NCBI GenBank assembly: GCA_958446555.1
Contig: CAUCWU010000001.1
Location: forward strand, 1 to 42,928
Origin: an uncultured Lachnospiraceae bacterium
Lineage (GTDB): Bacteria; Bacillota; Clostridia; Lachnospirales; Lachnospiraceae
Reading direction: 5' to 3'
DNA: 42,928 nucleotides
This document shows positions 8,646 to 17,406 of the stretch, in pieces. The notes beneath the pieces were generated by a model. That model ran no database searches, had not been told where the DNA came from, and saw nothing but the letters and a program-made list of their open reading frames with translations. Position numbers and translations under genes: made by a program. Numbering within the stretch: the stretch's first letter is position 1; every line of letters begins with the position of its first letter.

Positions 8646-10142
8646 ATGAAAAAAGAAAAGATAAGAAGGTTTCGACATGTTGGAGTGATGATTTTTATGA
8701 TAGGATTTGTGCAACCAGTGCAGCTACAAAATGTTTTTGCACAGGAGATTTCGCAGACAGAACAAGAAAAAGTTGACTACATGGTATTCAAAGACAGCAG
8801 TGATCGGATTTTGAACGAAAGTGATATTTGGCTATTATCACAGTCAGATATTCGGATTGCTAAAAATGAAATTTATGCGCGGCATGGACGAAAATTTGTC
8901 AGTAAAGATTTGCAGGAATATTTTAATCGGCTTTCTTGGTATGAGGGAACAATTGAACCAGAAAATTTTGATGAAAGCTGTATTACTCAGATTGAAAGGG
9001 CAAATATCAATTTTCTCGATCAGAGCTTTCAAAATGGAGTAGGGGCAGAAAATCCGTCAGTCATAGAGCAGGTCATTGAAGATCTTTTCGTGCAAAATAC
9101 GCTTACAAGAGCTACATTTGAAGATAAAATTGGCATGAGCGATTTTACAGATTCAGTTTCTGTGTGGTATAGGGAAGATATTGCATCAGAAACGGAACAA
9201 AATGAGTCAAAAACAGCGATCCTTAGTAGTTTCTATCAGAAAGACAATGAAATTTTTGGAAATATCGGTTATAGAAAAAGTATTTATTATTTAAATGAGG
9301 GAAGTGCTTGCGCATGGTTTAATGGTCACGAATACAAAACGATTCTTGAACAAAGTAGTCCATTAGATTCTTGGAATTACCTATGTTCTGATGAATACGG
9401 TTTGTATCAAGATCAGGAACGCATTGTATCTTATAGTCAGGAAAGTTCTCATGAAAGCGGAGGTGCAAGCAGTGGAACGTGGCTTTTGTCTGAGCAGGCA
9501 ATATATGCAGGCGGAAATAATGGTTTATCAGTTTTTGACTGGTCAGGAAATTTAATCGGAGAGTATCCAGAGTATATGTATGCGTTTATGGCAAAGGATG
9601 GAGTTGTGTATTTACTCGGAAAAGATTTTAATATTTTACGAGCAGATGAGAAAACTCTAGGCAATCCATCTGTGATAAACGATAAAGGATATTATGTATA
9701 TCCGACACAAGTATATGGCGATTGGCTTGTATGTGCAGAAAATGATAGGCTGTATGGTTATCAGATGATATCTCATGATAATATCAAAGAAGTGTTTTTG
9801 GATGAGAATACAAATTGGAGAAACTTTGCGGCAGGGGACGGATGTCTATACGAGGTGAGAAATGAATGGCACACAGGAAGATGTACAGTTGAGAGGGTGA
9901 CCTTTGAGGACGCGGAGCTTGCAAATTCACAGGGGATAAGTCCGCAAAAAGAAATTGTGTGTATCATTGAAGGGATTGGCTATGCCAGTATCGAAAAGGT
10001 AGAGGGAAATCTTTTGTACTTTTCTTGCGGTCCTAAAGATGGCGATTGGAATTCGCCAAAGGGCAATATGAACGATGTGTCCTTCGCAATAGATTTGGAA
10101 AAGGGAATTGTATATGTCCTTGGAGCAGGATGGTATTCGTAG
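8646..10142 (+). CDS. Secreted YARHG-domain protein with beta-rich C-terminal region
   Basis: GGAGG RBS before ATG 8646; signal peptide ending VFA; IRIAKNEIYARHGRKF...YFNRLSWY...IERANINFL. Confidence 0.85.
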   Translation: MKKEKIRRFRHVGVMIFMIGFVQPVQLQNVFAQEISQTEQEKVDYMVFKDSSDRILNESDIWLLSQSDIRIAKNEIYARHGRKFVSKDLQEYFNRLSWYEGTIEPENFDESCITQIERANINFLDQSFQNGVGAENPSVIEQVIEDLFVQNTLTRATFEDKIGMSDFTDSVSVWYREDIASETEQNESKTAILSSFYQKDNEIFGNIGYRKSIYYLNEGSACAWFNGHEYKTILEQSSPLDSWNYLCSDEYGLYQDQERIVSYSQESSHESGGASSGTWLLSEQAIYAGGNNGLSVFDWSGNLIGEYPEYMYAFMAKDGVVYLLGKDFNILRADEKTLGNPSVINDKGYYVYPTQVYGDWLVCAENDRLYGYQMISHDNIKEVFLDENTNWRNFAAGDGCLYEVRNEWHTGRCTVERVTFEDAELANSQGISPQKEIVCIIEGIGYASIEKVEGNLLYFSCGPKDGDWNSPKGNMNDVSFAIDLEKGIVYVLGAGWYS

Positions 10143-10200
10143 ATTGCAAGGTAGAAGAGATGATTCCATCATTTTGTATCCATGACAGTAATAAAAAAAT

Positions 10201-10224
10201 GGGGGCATATCAAGATCTGCCCCC
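10201..10224. terminator. Hairpin between convergent genes (probable terminator)
   Basis: GGGGGCATAT-caag-ATCTGCCCCC, preceded by an A-run (U-tract on the minus strand). Confidence 0.6.
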
Positions 10225-10242
10225 TAAAATTGTTCTTTAAAT

Positions 10243-11919
10243 TTACTTCACTGGAATCATAAACGTAATCATCGTGCTCTGGCCTGGGATACTATTGATC
10301 GAAAGGCCAGAGTTTTTTCCATAGGCGAGGAGCAGACGATCGTGGACATTTTTTAATCCGTAGCCGGACGAGTCGGTTGTAAGAAGAGTGGAGAGCTTTT
10401 CAGGTGGGATGCCGACTCCATTGTCCATGATGGACACATAGATTTTATCGACCACCTTTGTCACTGTGATATAGAGCTGACCGCGCTTTATCTTATTTGG
10501 CAGAATGCCGTGAATAATCGAATTTTCAACGAGTGGCTGCAACAAAAGATTTGGCACTTCGATCTGTGGAAGATTCGGATCAATCTGGTACATTACGTCA
10601 AAGCTGTTGTCGTGAAGCAGACGCTGAATATCAATATACGATGTTACGTTTTTTATTTCATTTTGCAGAAGAGTTTCGCTCTTTCCTTTATTTAAGGTTG
10701 TCCGGTAAAAAACAGACAACAGCTGTGACATCTGGCTGATCTCAGGCTGGTTGTTCATAAGCGCCTTGTTGTTGATTAACGACAGACAATTGTACAGAAA
10801 GTGTGGATTAATCTGCGCCTGAAGCGCCTTAAATTGTGTTTCCTTTAGTTCAATTTTTGTCTGATAATCTTCGCGAATTAGGCGGTTAATTTCATCAATC
10901 ATAGCCTGAAGATTATTGGTCAGATCACCGAGTTCATCTGTACTGTCATCATGAATATGATAGTCAAGATGACCTTCCTTAATGCGCTGTAGGTAATAGT
11001 GGAGGGCACTGATTTTCTGCTCAAAAAAGCTGGTGAATAGTTGGGTGATCGAGAATATAATGACAACACAGATAAATAAAATAGCCATAATGACACGTCC
11101 CATCTGACGAACCGAGGCAAAAATCATCTTTTCCGGCCGTTCAAGTGTTACATTCCAACCACTAGAATCCACAAGATCATTTCTTGTCACCCACTTTCGA
11201 AAATCGCTTGCATTTTCCAAGATAGAGTCAGACTCATAGGAAAAAAGAGTCTGAGAAGGGGAGTCTATCTGAATATGAAAGTCATCGGCAACTCCATCAA
11301 GATCTCCAAAGAAAAGATCGGCATTTAACTGGATTGCAATGCAGTTTTTTGAGTATGAGCGAATATAGGTGAGGTACGGTTCGCACAGGTACTGTATGAC
11401 AAGCAGACTTCCATCCTTCTTTTTGTACCAAGTTGGTTGAGTAGAAGTTTTGTTGGGTGTATACCAACGTTCACCCTCTAAATCACTGATTGGGCGAAGC
11501 TGCTTGCCGTGAGTCATCGGGCCATCGGCATTGTAGATTGTGATCTGGCTGATTTCTGGGTGCTGCAAGTAGGTGGCATTCAAAAAGACATCCATTGTAT
11601 AGTTTAGATATTCATATTGATCGTAGGCATTGGCATCATTGTAGGAAGAAAACTGTGCAAGTACATTTGAATTTGCCAGATAAGAGAGTAAATTCTGGTA
11701 GATGCTTATTTTGGAATCAAGCGAGTCTGACACAGAGGTGACAGTGGATTCTAGTGAGGATAGCTCGCGTGCGCGAAGTAGCTTGATTGTCTGGTTGTAG
11801 CAGAAAAATCCCATGACAGAGAGCGGAATAAAGCTGACTAGAATGCAGAGAAAAACAAGCTTGCTTCTATATTTCATATCATTGAATTTTTGCTTGATTT
11901 GTTTTAGAAAAGTTTTCAT
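10243..11919 (-). CDS. YesM/LytS-type sensor histidine kinase
   Basis: Two TMs, HAMP (DELGDLTNNLQAM), ALQAQINPHFLYNCL, LLQPLVENSIIHG, DNGVGI, GYGLKNV. Confidence 0.92.
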   Translation of the reverse strand: MKTFLKQIKQKFNDMKYRSKLVFLCILVSFIPLSVMGFFCYNQTIKLLRARELSSLESTVTSVSDSLDSKISIYQNLLSYLANSNVLAQFSSYNDANAYDQYEYLNYTMDVFLNATYLQHPEISQITIYNADGPMTHGKQLRPISDLEGERWYTPNKTSTQPTWYKKKDGSLLVIQYLCEPYLTYIRSYSKNCIAIQLNADLFFGDLDGVADDFHIQIDSPSQTLFSYESDSILENASDFRKWVTRNDLVDSSGWNVTLERPEKMIFASVRQMGRVIMAILFICVVIIFSITQLFTSFFEQKISALHYYLQRIKEGHLDYHIHDDSTDELGDLTNNLQAMIDEINRLIREDYQTKIELKETQFKALQAQINPHFLYNCLSLINNKALMNNQPEISQMSQLLSVFYRTTLNKGKSETLLQNEIKNVTSYIDIQRLLHDNSFDVMYQIDPNLPQIEVPNLLLQPLVENSIIHGILPNKIKRGQLYITVTKVVDKIYVSIMDNGVGIPPEKLSTLLTTDSSGYGLKNVHDRLLLAYGKNSGLSINSIPGQSTMITFMIPVK

Positions 11920-13427
11920 GAATGCTCCTGTCTGTATTTTTCAGGTGAGCTTCCAAAATACTCGCGAAAGCTCTGACAAAAATACGAATAATTGGGGTAG
12001 CCAGACTGAATTCCAATCTCAATCACTTTCTTTTGTGTGTGAAGAAGTGCATCCTTGGCCTTTTCCATTCGATATTGACGAATATACTGGGAGATACTTT
12101 TCCCGGTCGATTTTTTAAACAGTCGGCTTAGATAATCCGGTGTTAGATAGACGGCAGAGGCTAAAATCTCGGCAGACAGCTCCTCACTGTAATGATTGGC
12201 AATATAGGCGATTGCGCAGGAAACTTCTTTTCGCATTGTGTCTGGACCAGAGGAGAACGAGGTGAGAATCGGCTTTGAGACATCGTTTACAATGCGAATA
12301 ATCTCAGAAATATCAGGCTGAAGATATAAATTGGCAATCATCGTCTCAAGCGGTGGGAAGTTTGCAGAGGCATAGATTGGAATTGCTGGGTAGAGGATAG
12401 TCAACACATTCGAAAAAAGAAATTTCACATAGATTTGCGACTGGTTGACTAAGACTTTGTACTTATCAAAAAGATGTGTCAGATACTCCTGAAGGAGCGC
12501 CTTGTTTTTGGAAGCAAGTGCATTTTGAATCAATGGCAGTAGCTGTGAATCGTCCTCAAAAGTTTCCTCCCTTTGCGCCGGAATCTCGTCTGGTAAAAAA
12601 ATTAGAGTATCTGGCAGGAAGAAACGCTGTTCCATCTGCTGCTCTAAAAAAGAAAATGCCTCTTTAAAAGACTGGTATTTAGATAAAGGCTTCGTCACGG
12701 CAATATAGCAGTCCACTGAAAATTCGGCGCGAATGTGGGCAAGCAACTTATCACAAAAATGTTTCTCATCGAGGATTGGTGTGCGCATAAAAAGAACAGC
12801 CTGCTCTGGGGAGATGTTGACCGAAACCCCGTCAGGTGTCAGTGTGTTTCGCAGATTGTCAAAGAAAGCCTCTGATTTATGAACCAAAAAATCATTTTTA
12901 AATGTGAACATCGCCAGATAGCGAAAAGAAGAAAATTGTTCTAAGATAAAAGGCTCAGCCTTTGACGAATCAAAATTTCCTGAGATTGCAAGCTGAAGTG
13001 AATATTGTAACAGGAAAAGTTTCTGATTCTCTTGTTTATCAAAGCTTTCCTTCTCGGCATCCAACTGACCAATTAAAGAGGTGAGTGTTTTGGAAAGTTC
13101 GTCCGGTACGACAGGCTTTAAAATATAATTTTCTACGCCTAAAGAGATGGCTGTCTTAGCATAGGCAAAATCGGCATAGCCACTGAAAATAATTGGGCGA
13201 ATATCTGGGTATATGGCAAGTGCCTTTCGAATTAATTCGAGTCCGTCCATTCTTGGCATTTGGACGTCTGTAAATAAAATATGGGCAGGCCAGCCCTTTA
13301 ATAGTGATAGTGCAGAAACTCCATCCTCAGCTTCTCGAATTTCCAGCGGAAGACCGCTATTTTTGAGCAGATACAAAATACAGTCTCGCTCGTTTTTCTC
13401 ATCATCGACAATCAGCATACGGTACAT
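11916..13427 (-). CDS. YesN-type response regulator (receiver + AraC HTH)
   Basis: LIVDDE, TDVQMPRMDG, YILKP; C-terminal YLSRLFKKSTG and SYFCQSFREYFGSSPEKYR; ATGA overlap with the kinase. Confidence 0.92.
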   Translation of the reverse strand: MYRMLIVDDEKNERDCILYLLKNSGLPLEIREAEDGVSALSLLKGWPAHILFTDVQMPRMDGLELIRKALAIYPDIRPIIFSGYADFAYAKTAISLGVENYILKPVVPDELSKTLTSLIGQLDAEKESFDKQENQKLFLLQYSLQLAISGNFDSSKAEPFILEQFSSFRYLAMFTFKNDFLVHKSEAFFDNLRNTLTPDGVSVNISPEQAVLFMRTPILDEKHFCDKLLAHIRAEFSVDCYIAVTKPLSKYQSFKEAFSFLEQQMEQRFFLPDTLIFLPDEIPAQREETFEDDSQLLPLIQNALASKNKALLQEYLTHLFDKYKVLVNQSQIYVKFLFSNVLTILYPAIPIYASANFPPLETMIANLYLQPDISEIIRIVNDVSKPILTSFSSGPDTMRKEVSCAIAYIANHYSEELSAEILASAVYLTPDYLSRLFKKSTGKSISQYIRQYRMEKAKDALLHTQKKVIEIGIQSGYPNYSYFCQSFREYFGSSPEKYRQEHS

Positions 13428-13495
13428 GTCAAAAATCCCCCTTTATGCATTTTGTGGCTGTTTTGTCAGCTTCATTCATCATAATTTGTGTTTCT

Positions 13496-13525
13496 AGTAT
13501 AATATTAGACCCCCATCTTTGTCAA
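13496..13525 (-). promoter_or_regulatory. Sigma-A promoter for the two-component operon
   Basis: Minus strand TTGACA-18 nt-TATACT. Confidence 0.6.
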
Positions 13526-13560
13526 ATATATCTGGAAAATGGACAATCAAAAAAGTGATG

Positions 13561-13626
13561 TCCGTTTTTTTGATATATTTTCCGAAATTTTTATATATCA
13601 GTTTGTGCGTTTTTTTGATATATTTT
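13561..13626 (+). promoter_or_regulatory. Direct repeats, probable response-regulator binding sites
   Basis: CGTTTTTTTGATATATTTT identical at 13563-13581 and 13608-13626, degenerate copy at 13581-13600. Confidence 0.55.
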
Positions 13627-13699
13627 TTAACAACAAAGCAATGCGCATGCTTACCAAACTTACTATAAAAAAGGCATTATAATATTGGAGGAGTTTAAG

Positions 13700-15355
13700 A
13701 TGAAGAAGAGTTTCGCAATGATGATGGCAGCCGCTCTCGCTACAACATCTGTTTGTGGCGTTGCATTCGCTGAGGATGCAGCAAAGGATCCATATGGAAA
13801 ATATGACGAGCTGATCACCTACACAACTGGCTATTCCTTAACCAATCAGGGTGCGGATGTTTTAGCCGGAACCCCATATGAGAATGATACACCGGAGAAT
13901 AATGCATACACCCGCTACTTGAAGGAACTGTTAAATATTCAGAATGAAAATGATTTTGAAGCAACGATGGGCGATGATTATAATCAGAAGTTAGCACTTG
14001 CAATCGCAAGCCAGAGTTTGCCAGATATCATCCATGTTCCAGATTATTCTACACTGGTAGAGCTTGTTGAAAATGATATGATCGAGGATCTGACCGACGT
14101 ATATAACGATTTGGCATGTGATACTGTAAAGGAATCCTATGAGAGCTACGGTGACAACAACCCGTTAAATACTGTTACCTTTGATGGAAAGATCATGGCA
14201 ATCCCAAAGACAAAGCTTAGCGATGGCCAGGATTTCTTATGGGTAAGAAAAGATTGGTTAGACAAGCTTGGTCTTGAAGAGCCATCCACAATGGATGAGG
14301 TTGCTGATATGCTTCGCGCATTTATCAATGACGATCCAGACGGAGATGGAGAGGCTGATACCATTGGTCTTGCAATGCGTTCTGACGTATATGGCGGCTA
14401 TCCTAATAACACATTTGGAATTGATAATATTTTCACTGCATTTGGCGCATATCCAAGCGTCTGGATTACTGCAGAGGATGGAACAGCTGTATATGGTTCA
14501 GTTCAGGAAGAAATGAAGGATGCGCTTACACTGTTAAACAGCTGGTATACAGAAGGATTGATTGATCAGCAGTTTACCACAAGAACAAATGATGATATCG
14601 TCGCACTGATCTCTAGCGGAAAGTGCGGAGCCTTTATCGGACCGTGGTGGGCACCATTTAACACTGCATTAACCTCAAGCTATGCGACTGACGATGCTGA
14701 GTGGATCAATGTATCTGCACCGGTAGGCGAGGATGGAAAGATTCAGGCAATCAATACTCAGTCCTATGCAGGTTTTGTTGCAGTTAGAAAGGGCTATGAG
14801 CATCCGGAAATCGCAATGAAGATTGTAAATGTAAATGCAGAGTACTCCAAGCAGGATACAAGCGATGCATCTCTTGAGATTCGCGAGAATCAGCCACTTG
14901 CATACTTTAACTGGCCACTTTACTGCGAAGTTCAGCCAGGCAACAATGCACAGTTAATGACAGAGCATGTAATGGCAGCAATGGACGATGAGTCTAAGGT
15001 AGATACTTTAACCTCTGATGAGTTAAGCTATTATCAGTCTGCTCAGAACTATTTAGCAGCTGAAAAAGAGGGCAAGAAGGCAGATTCCTCTGATTATTCT
15101 CAGTATATGTCCAGAATCGTATCAATGTCCCGTATGATCGAAAATCCGGCAGACTTTGTGACCCCATCCTTCTATGAGACTACAGAGTCTATGGCAATCC
15201 GTTGGGCATCCTTAGAGAAGATTGAGATGCAGACAGTTTTGAAAATCATTGTTGGTGAAGAGAGCATCGATGCATTTGATAAGTTCGTATCTGATTGGAA
15301 CAATGCAGGCGGTGAGATGATCACTGAGGAAGTAAACGAAGCAATCCAGAAATAA
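13700..15355 (+). CDS. Carbohydrate ABC transporter substrate-binding protein (LplA-like)
   Basis: GGAGGAG RBS; signal peptide; LWVRKDWLDKLGLEEP, DPDGDGEADTIG, FDKFVSDWNNAGG; adjacent permeases. Confidence 0.9.
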   Translation: MKKSFAMMMAAALATTSVCGVAFAEDAAKDPYGKYDELITYTTGYSLTNQGADVLAGTPYENDTPENNAYTRYLKELLNIQNENDFEATMGDDYNQKLALAIASQSLPDIIHVPDYSTLVELVENDMIEDLTDVYNDLACDTVKESYESYGDNNPLNTVTFDGKIMAIPKTKLSDGQDFLWVRKDWLDKLGLEEPSTMDEVADMLRAFINDDPDGDGEADTIGLAMRSDVYGGYPNNTFGIDNIFTAFGAYPSVWITAEDGTAVYGSVQEEMKDALTLLNSWYTEGLIDQQFTTRTNDDIVALISSGKCGAFIGPWWAPFNTALTSSYATDDAEWINVSAPVGEDGKIQAINTQSYAGFVAVRKGYEHPEIAMKIVNVNAEYSKQDTSDASLEIRENQPLAYFNWPLYCEVQPGNNAQLMTEHVMAAMDDESKVDTLTSDELSYYQSAQNYLAAEKEGKKADSSDYSQYMSRIVSMSRMIENPADFVTPSFYETTESMAIRWASLEKIEMQTVLKIIVGEESIDAFDKFVSDWNNAGGEMITEEVNEAIQK

Positions 15356-15426
15356 TTTTAGAAGTAATTCAAAAATGAAAACAGCAAAGTTTTCTAAGGG
15401 TAGATCAATCTGCCACCAATAAACAA

Positions 15427-15462
15427 AAAGCCGGGGTCAAAATGATTTTTGGCTCCGGCTTT
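15427..15462 (+). other. Intercistronic stem-loop after the binding-protein gene
   Basis: AAAGCCGGGGTCAAAA-tgat-TTTTGGCTCCGGCTTT. Confidence 0.6.
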
Positions 15463-15483
15463 CTTAAAAAAAGGAGGAACCTC

Positions 15484-16401
15484 ATGAGTCAGGCAGCAAC
15501 TAAGAAAAAGAAACGGCTGGGAAGAGAAGAGCTTACGCTTAATCTTATGATCCTTCCAGGCTTGATTATTTTGATCGTATTTGTATTTGCACCGTTAGTT
15601 GGCTCGCTGATGGCATTTGAAAATTATGTTCCAGCCAAAGGTCTTTTAAAGTCTAAATGGGTTGGTCTTAGTAATTTTCAGTTCATCTTCAGCCTGCCAG
15701 ACAGCAAACAGGTTTTCATGAATACATTAATCATTGCATTCTCAAAACTGGTTGTGAATATTTTTGTTCCAGTTACATTTGCAATTTTATTAAATGAGAT
15801 TCGCGTTAATGTTTGCAAGAAGATTTTCCAGACTGTTGTATATCTGCCTCATTTTTTGTCATGGGTTGTTTTGGCAACCGTTGTAACGAACATGTTTTCA
15901 TTAGATGGACCAATCAATGCAGTAATCAGTGCATTTGGCGGCAATCCTATTTATTTCCTTGCTGATAATAAGTGGTTTCGTACTGTGATCGTAGGAACAG
16001 ATGTCTGGAAGGAATTTGGTTACAATTCTGTTGTATATCTGGCAGCCTTAACAGGAATTGATCCAGGACTTTTTGAGGCTGCATCTATTGATGGTGCTAA
16101 TCGATTTAAGCAGATTCTGCATATAACTGTTCCGGCGCTTCTGCCAACTGTTGTGTTAATGACAGCACTGAATCTTGGAAATATATTAAATGCAGGCTTC
16201 GATCAGGTATTTAATCTGTATAATCCAATTGTATATGAAACAGGTGATATCATTGATACATATGTATATCGAATTGGTATGGTAGAGCGTCAGTACAGCA
16301 TTGGTACTGCGGTTGGCTTGTTAAAATCAGTAATCAGTTTTGTGCTGATTCTTAGTGCAAATAAGCTGGCACAGAAAACAACTGGCTCAGGAATATTCTA
16401 A
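15484..16401 (+). CDS. Carbohydrate ABC permease (LplB-like)
   Basis: AGGAGG RBS before ATG 15484; YLPHFLSWVV, EAA loop LFEAASIDGANRFKQILHIT. Confidence 0.92.
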   Translation: MSQAATKKKKRLGREELTLNLMILPGLIILIVFVFAPLVGSLMAFENYVPAKGLLKSKWVGLSNFQFIFSLPDSKQVFMNTLIIAFSKLVVNIFVPVTFAILLNEIRVNVCKKIFQTVVYLPHFLSWVVLATVVTNMFSLDGPINAVISAFGGNPIYFLADNKWFRTVIVGTDVWKEFGYNSVVYLAALTGIDPGLFEAASIDGANRFKQILHITVPALLPTVVLMTALNLGNILNAGFDQVFNLYNPIVYETGDIIDTYVYRIGMVERQYSIGTAVGLLKSVISFVLILSANKLAQKTTGSGIF

Positions 16402-16414
16402 AAGGGAGGTTCGT

Positions 16415-17290
16415 ATGAAAGCAAAACCAGGAAAAATTATTTCTCAGATCGCAATATGGCTCGTGGTTCTTTTATTTGCGCTTAGCTGCTTGCTGCCGCT
16501 TTTAAATATGGTTGCGATCTCCTTAAGTGGAAGTGATGCAGTTGCGGCAAATAAAGTTGGTCTGTGGCCAGTTGATTTTACAATTACTACATACAACAAA
16601 CTGCTTGGCGATTCACAGTTTTGGCATTCTTTCTGGATTTCAGTAAAGAGAGTAGTAATTGGTACTTTAATCAATATGTTTTTTACAATCTCTATGGCAT
16701 ATCCGCTTTCTAAGAGCAAGAAGCGTTTCCGTGCAAGAGAGATTTATATGAAGATTGTTATCTTTGCCATGCTGTTTAATGGCGGTGTCATACCGCTGTT
16801 TATGGTAGTCAGCAAGCTGCACCTGAATAACACGATTTGGTCTCTCATTCTTCCGGGTGCCGTTCCGGTGTTTAATGTCATTTTGTTAATCAATTTCTTT
16901 AAGGGTGTTCCAGAATCTCTTGATGAGGCAGCCAGAATTGATGGAGCAGGTCCGCTAACCGTTTTGTTAAAGGTATATCTGCCGATTTCACTTCCGGCAT
17001 TGGCAACCGTTGGTCTGTTTGCAATTGTAAATCACTGGAATGATTATTTCTCAGGACTAATTTACATGAGTAAGGCATCCATGTATCCGCTGCAGACTTA
17101 TATTCAGCAGCTGACTGTCGACTTGACGCAGATTACTGATGCAGATCAGTTAAAGCAATTATCTGCATTAAATAATCGTTCCTTTAATGCAGCAAAGATT
17201 GTGGTTTCCACAATTCCGCTTTTGATTATTTACCCATTTTTACAAAAATATTTTGTAACAGGTATGGTAATTGGAGCTGTAAAAGAGTAA
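16415..17290 (+). CDS. Carbohydrate ABC permease (LplC-like)
   Basis: GGGAGG RBS before ATG 16415; SLDEAARIDGAG, YPFLQKYFVTGMVIGAVKE. Confidence 0.92.
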   Translation: MKAKPGKIISQIAIWLVVLLFALSCLLPLLNMVAISLSGSDAVAANKVGLWPVDFTITTYNKLLGDSQFWHSFWISVKRVVIGTLINMFFTISMAYPLSKSKKRFRAREIYMKIVIFAMLFNGGVIPLFMVVSKLHLNNTIWSLILPGAVPVFNVILLINFFKGVPESLDEAARIDGAGPLTVLLKVYLPISLPALATVGLFAIVNHWNDYFSGLIYMSKASMYPLQTYIQQLTVDLTQITDADQLKQLSALNNRSFNAAKIVVSTIPLLIIYPFLQKYFVTGMVIGAVKE

Positions 17291-17305
17291 AATAATAACA
17301 CTAAA

Positions 17306-17383
17306 ACAATGCCGGAGTGCAGGAAGATTCTGTGGCTGTAAAAAGCCATGCAAGTGAAGCAATTTTCTGCTCGCTGGCATTGT
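17306..17383. repeat. Long intergenic hairpin element
   Basis: ACAATGCCGG/CTGGCATTGT, GCAGGAAGATT/AATTTTCTGC and TGGCT/AGCCA stems. Confidence 0.6.
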
Positions 17384-17406
17384 GTGATGAGAGAGGAGAG
17401 AAAAAA

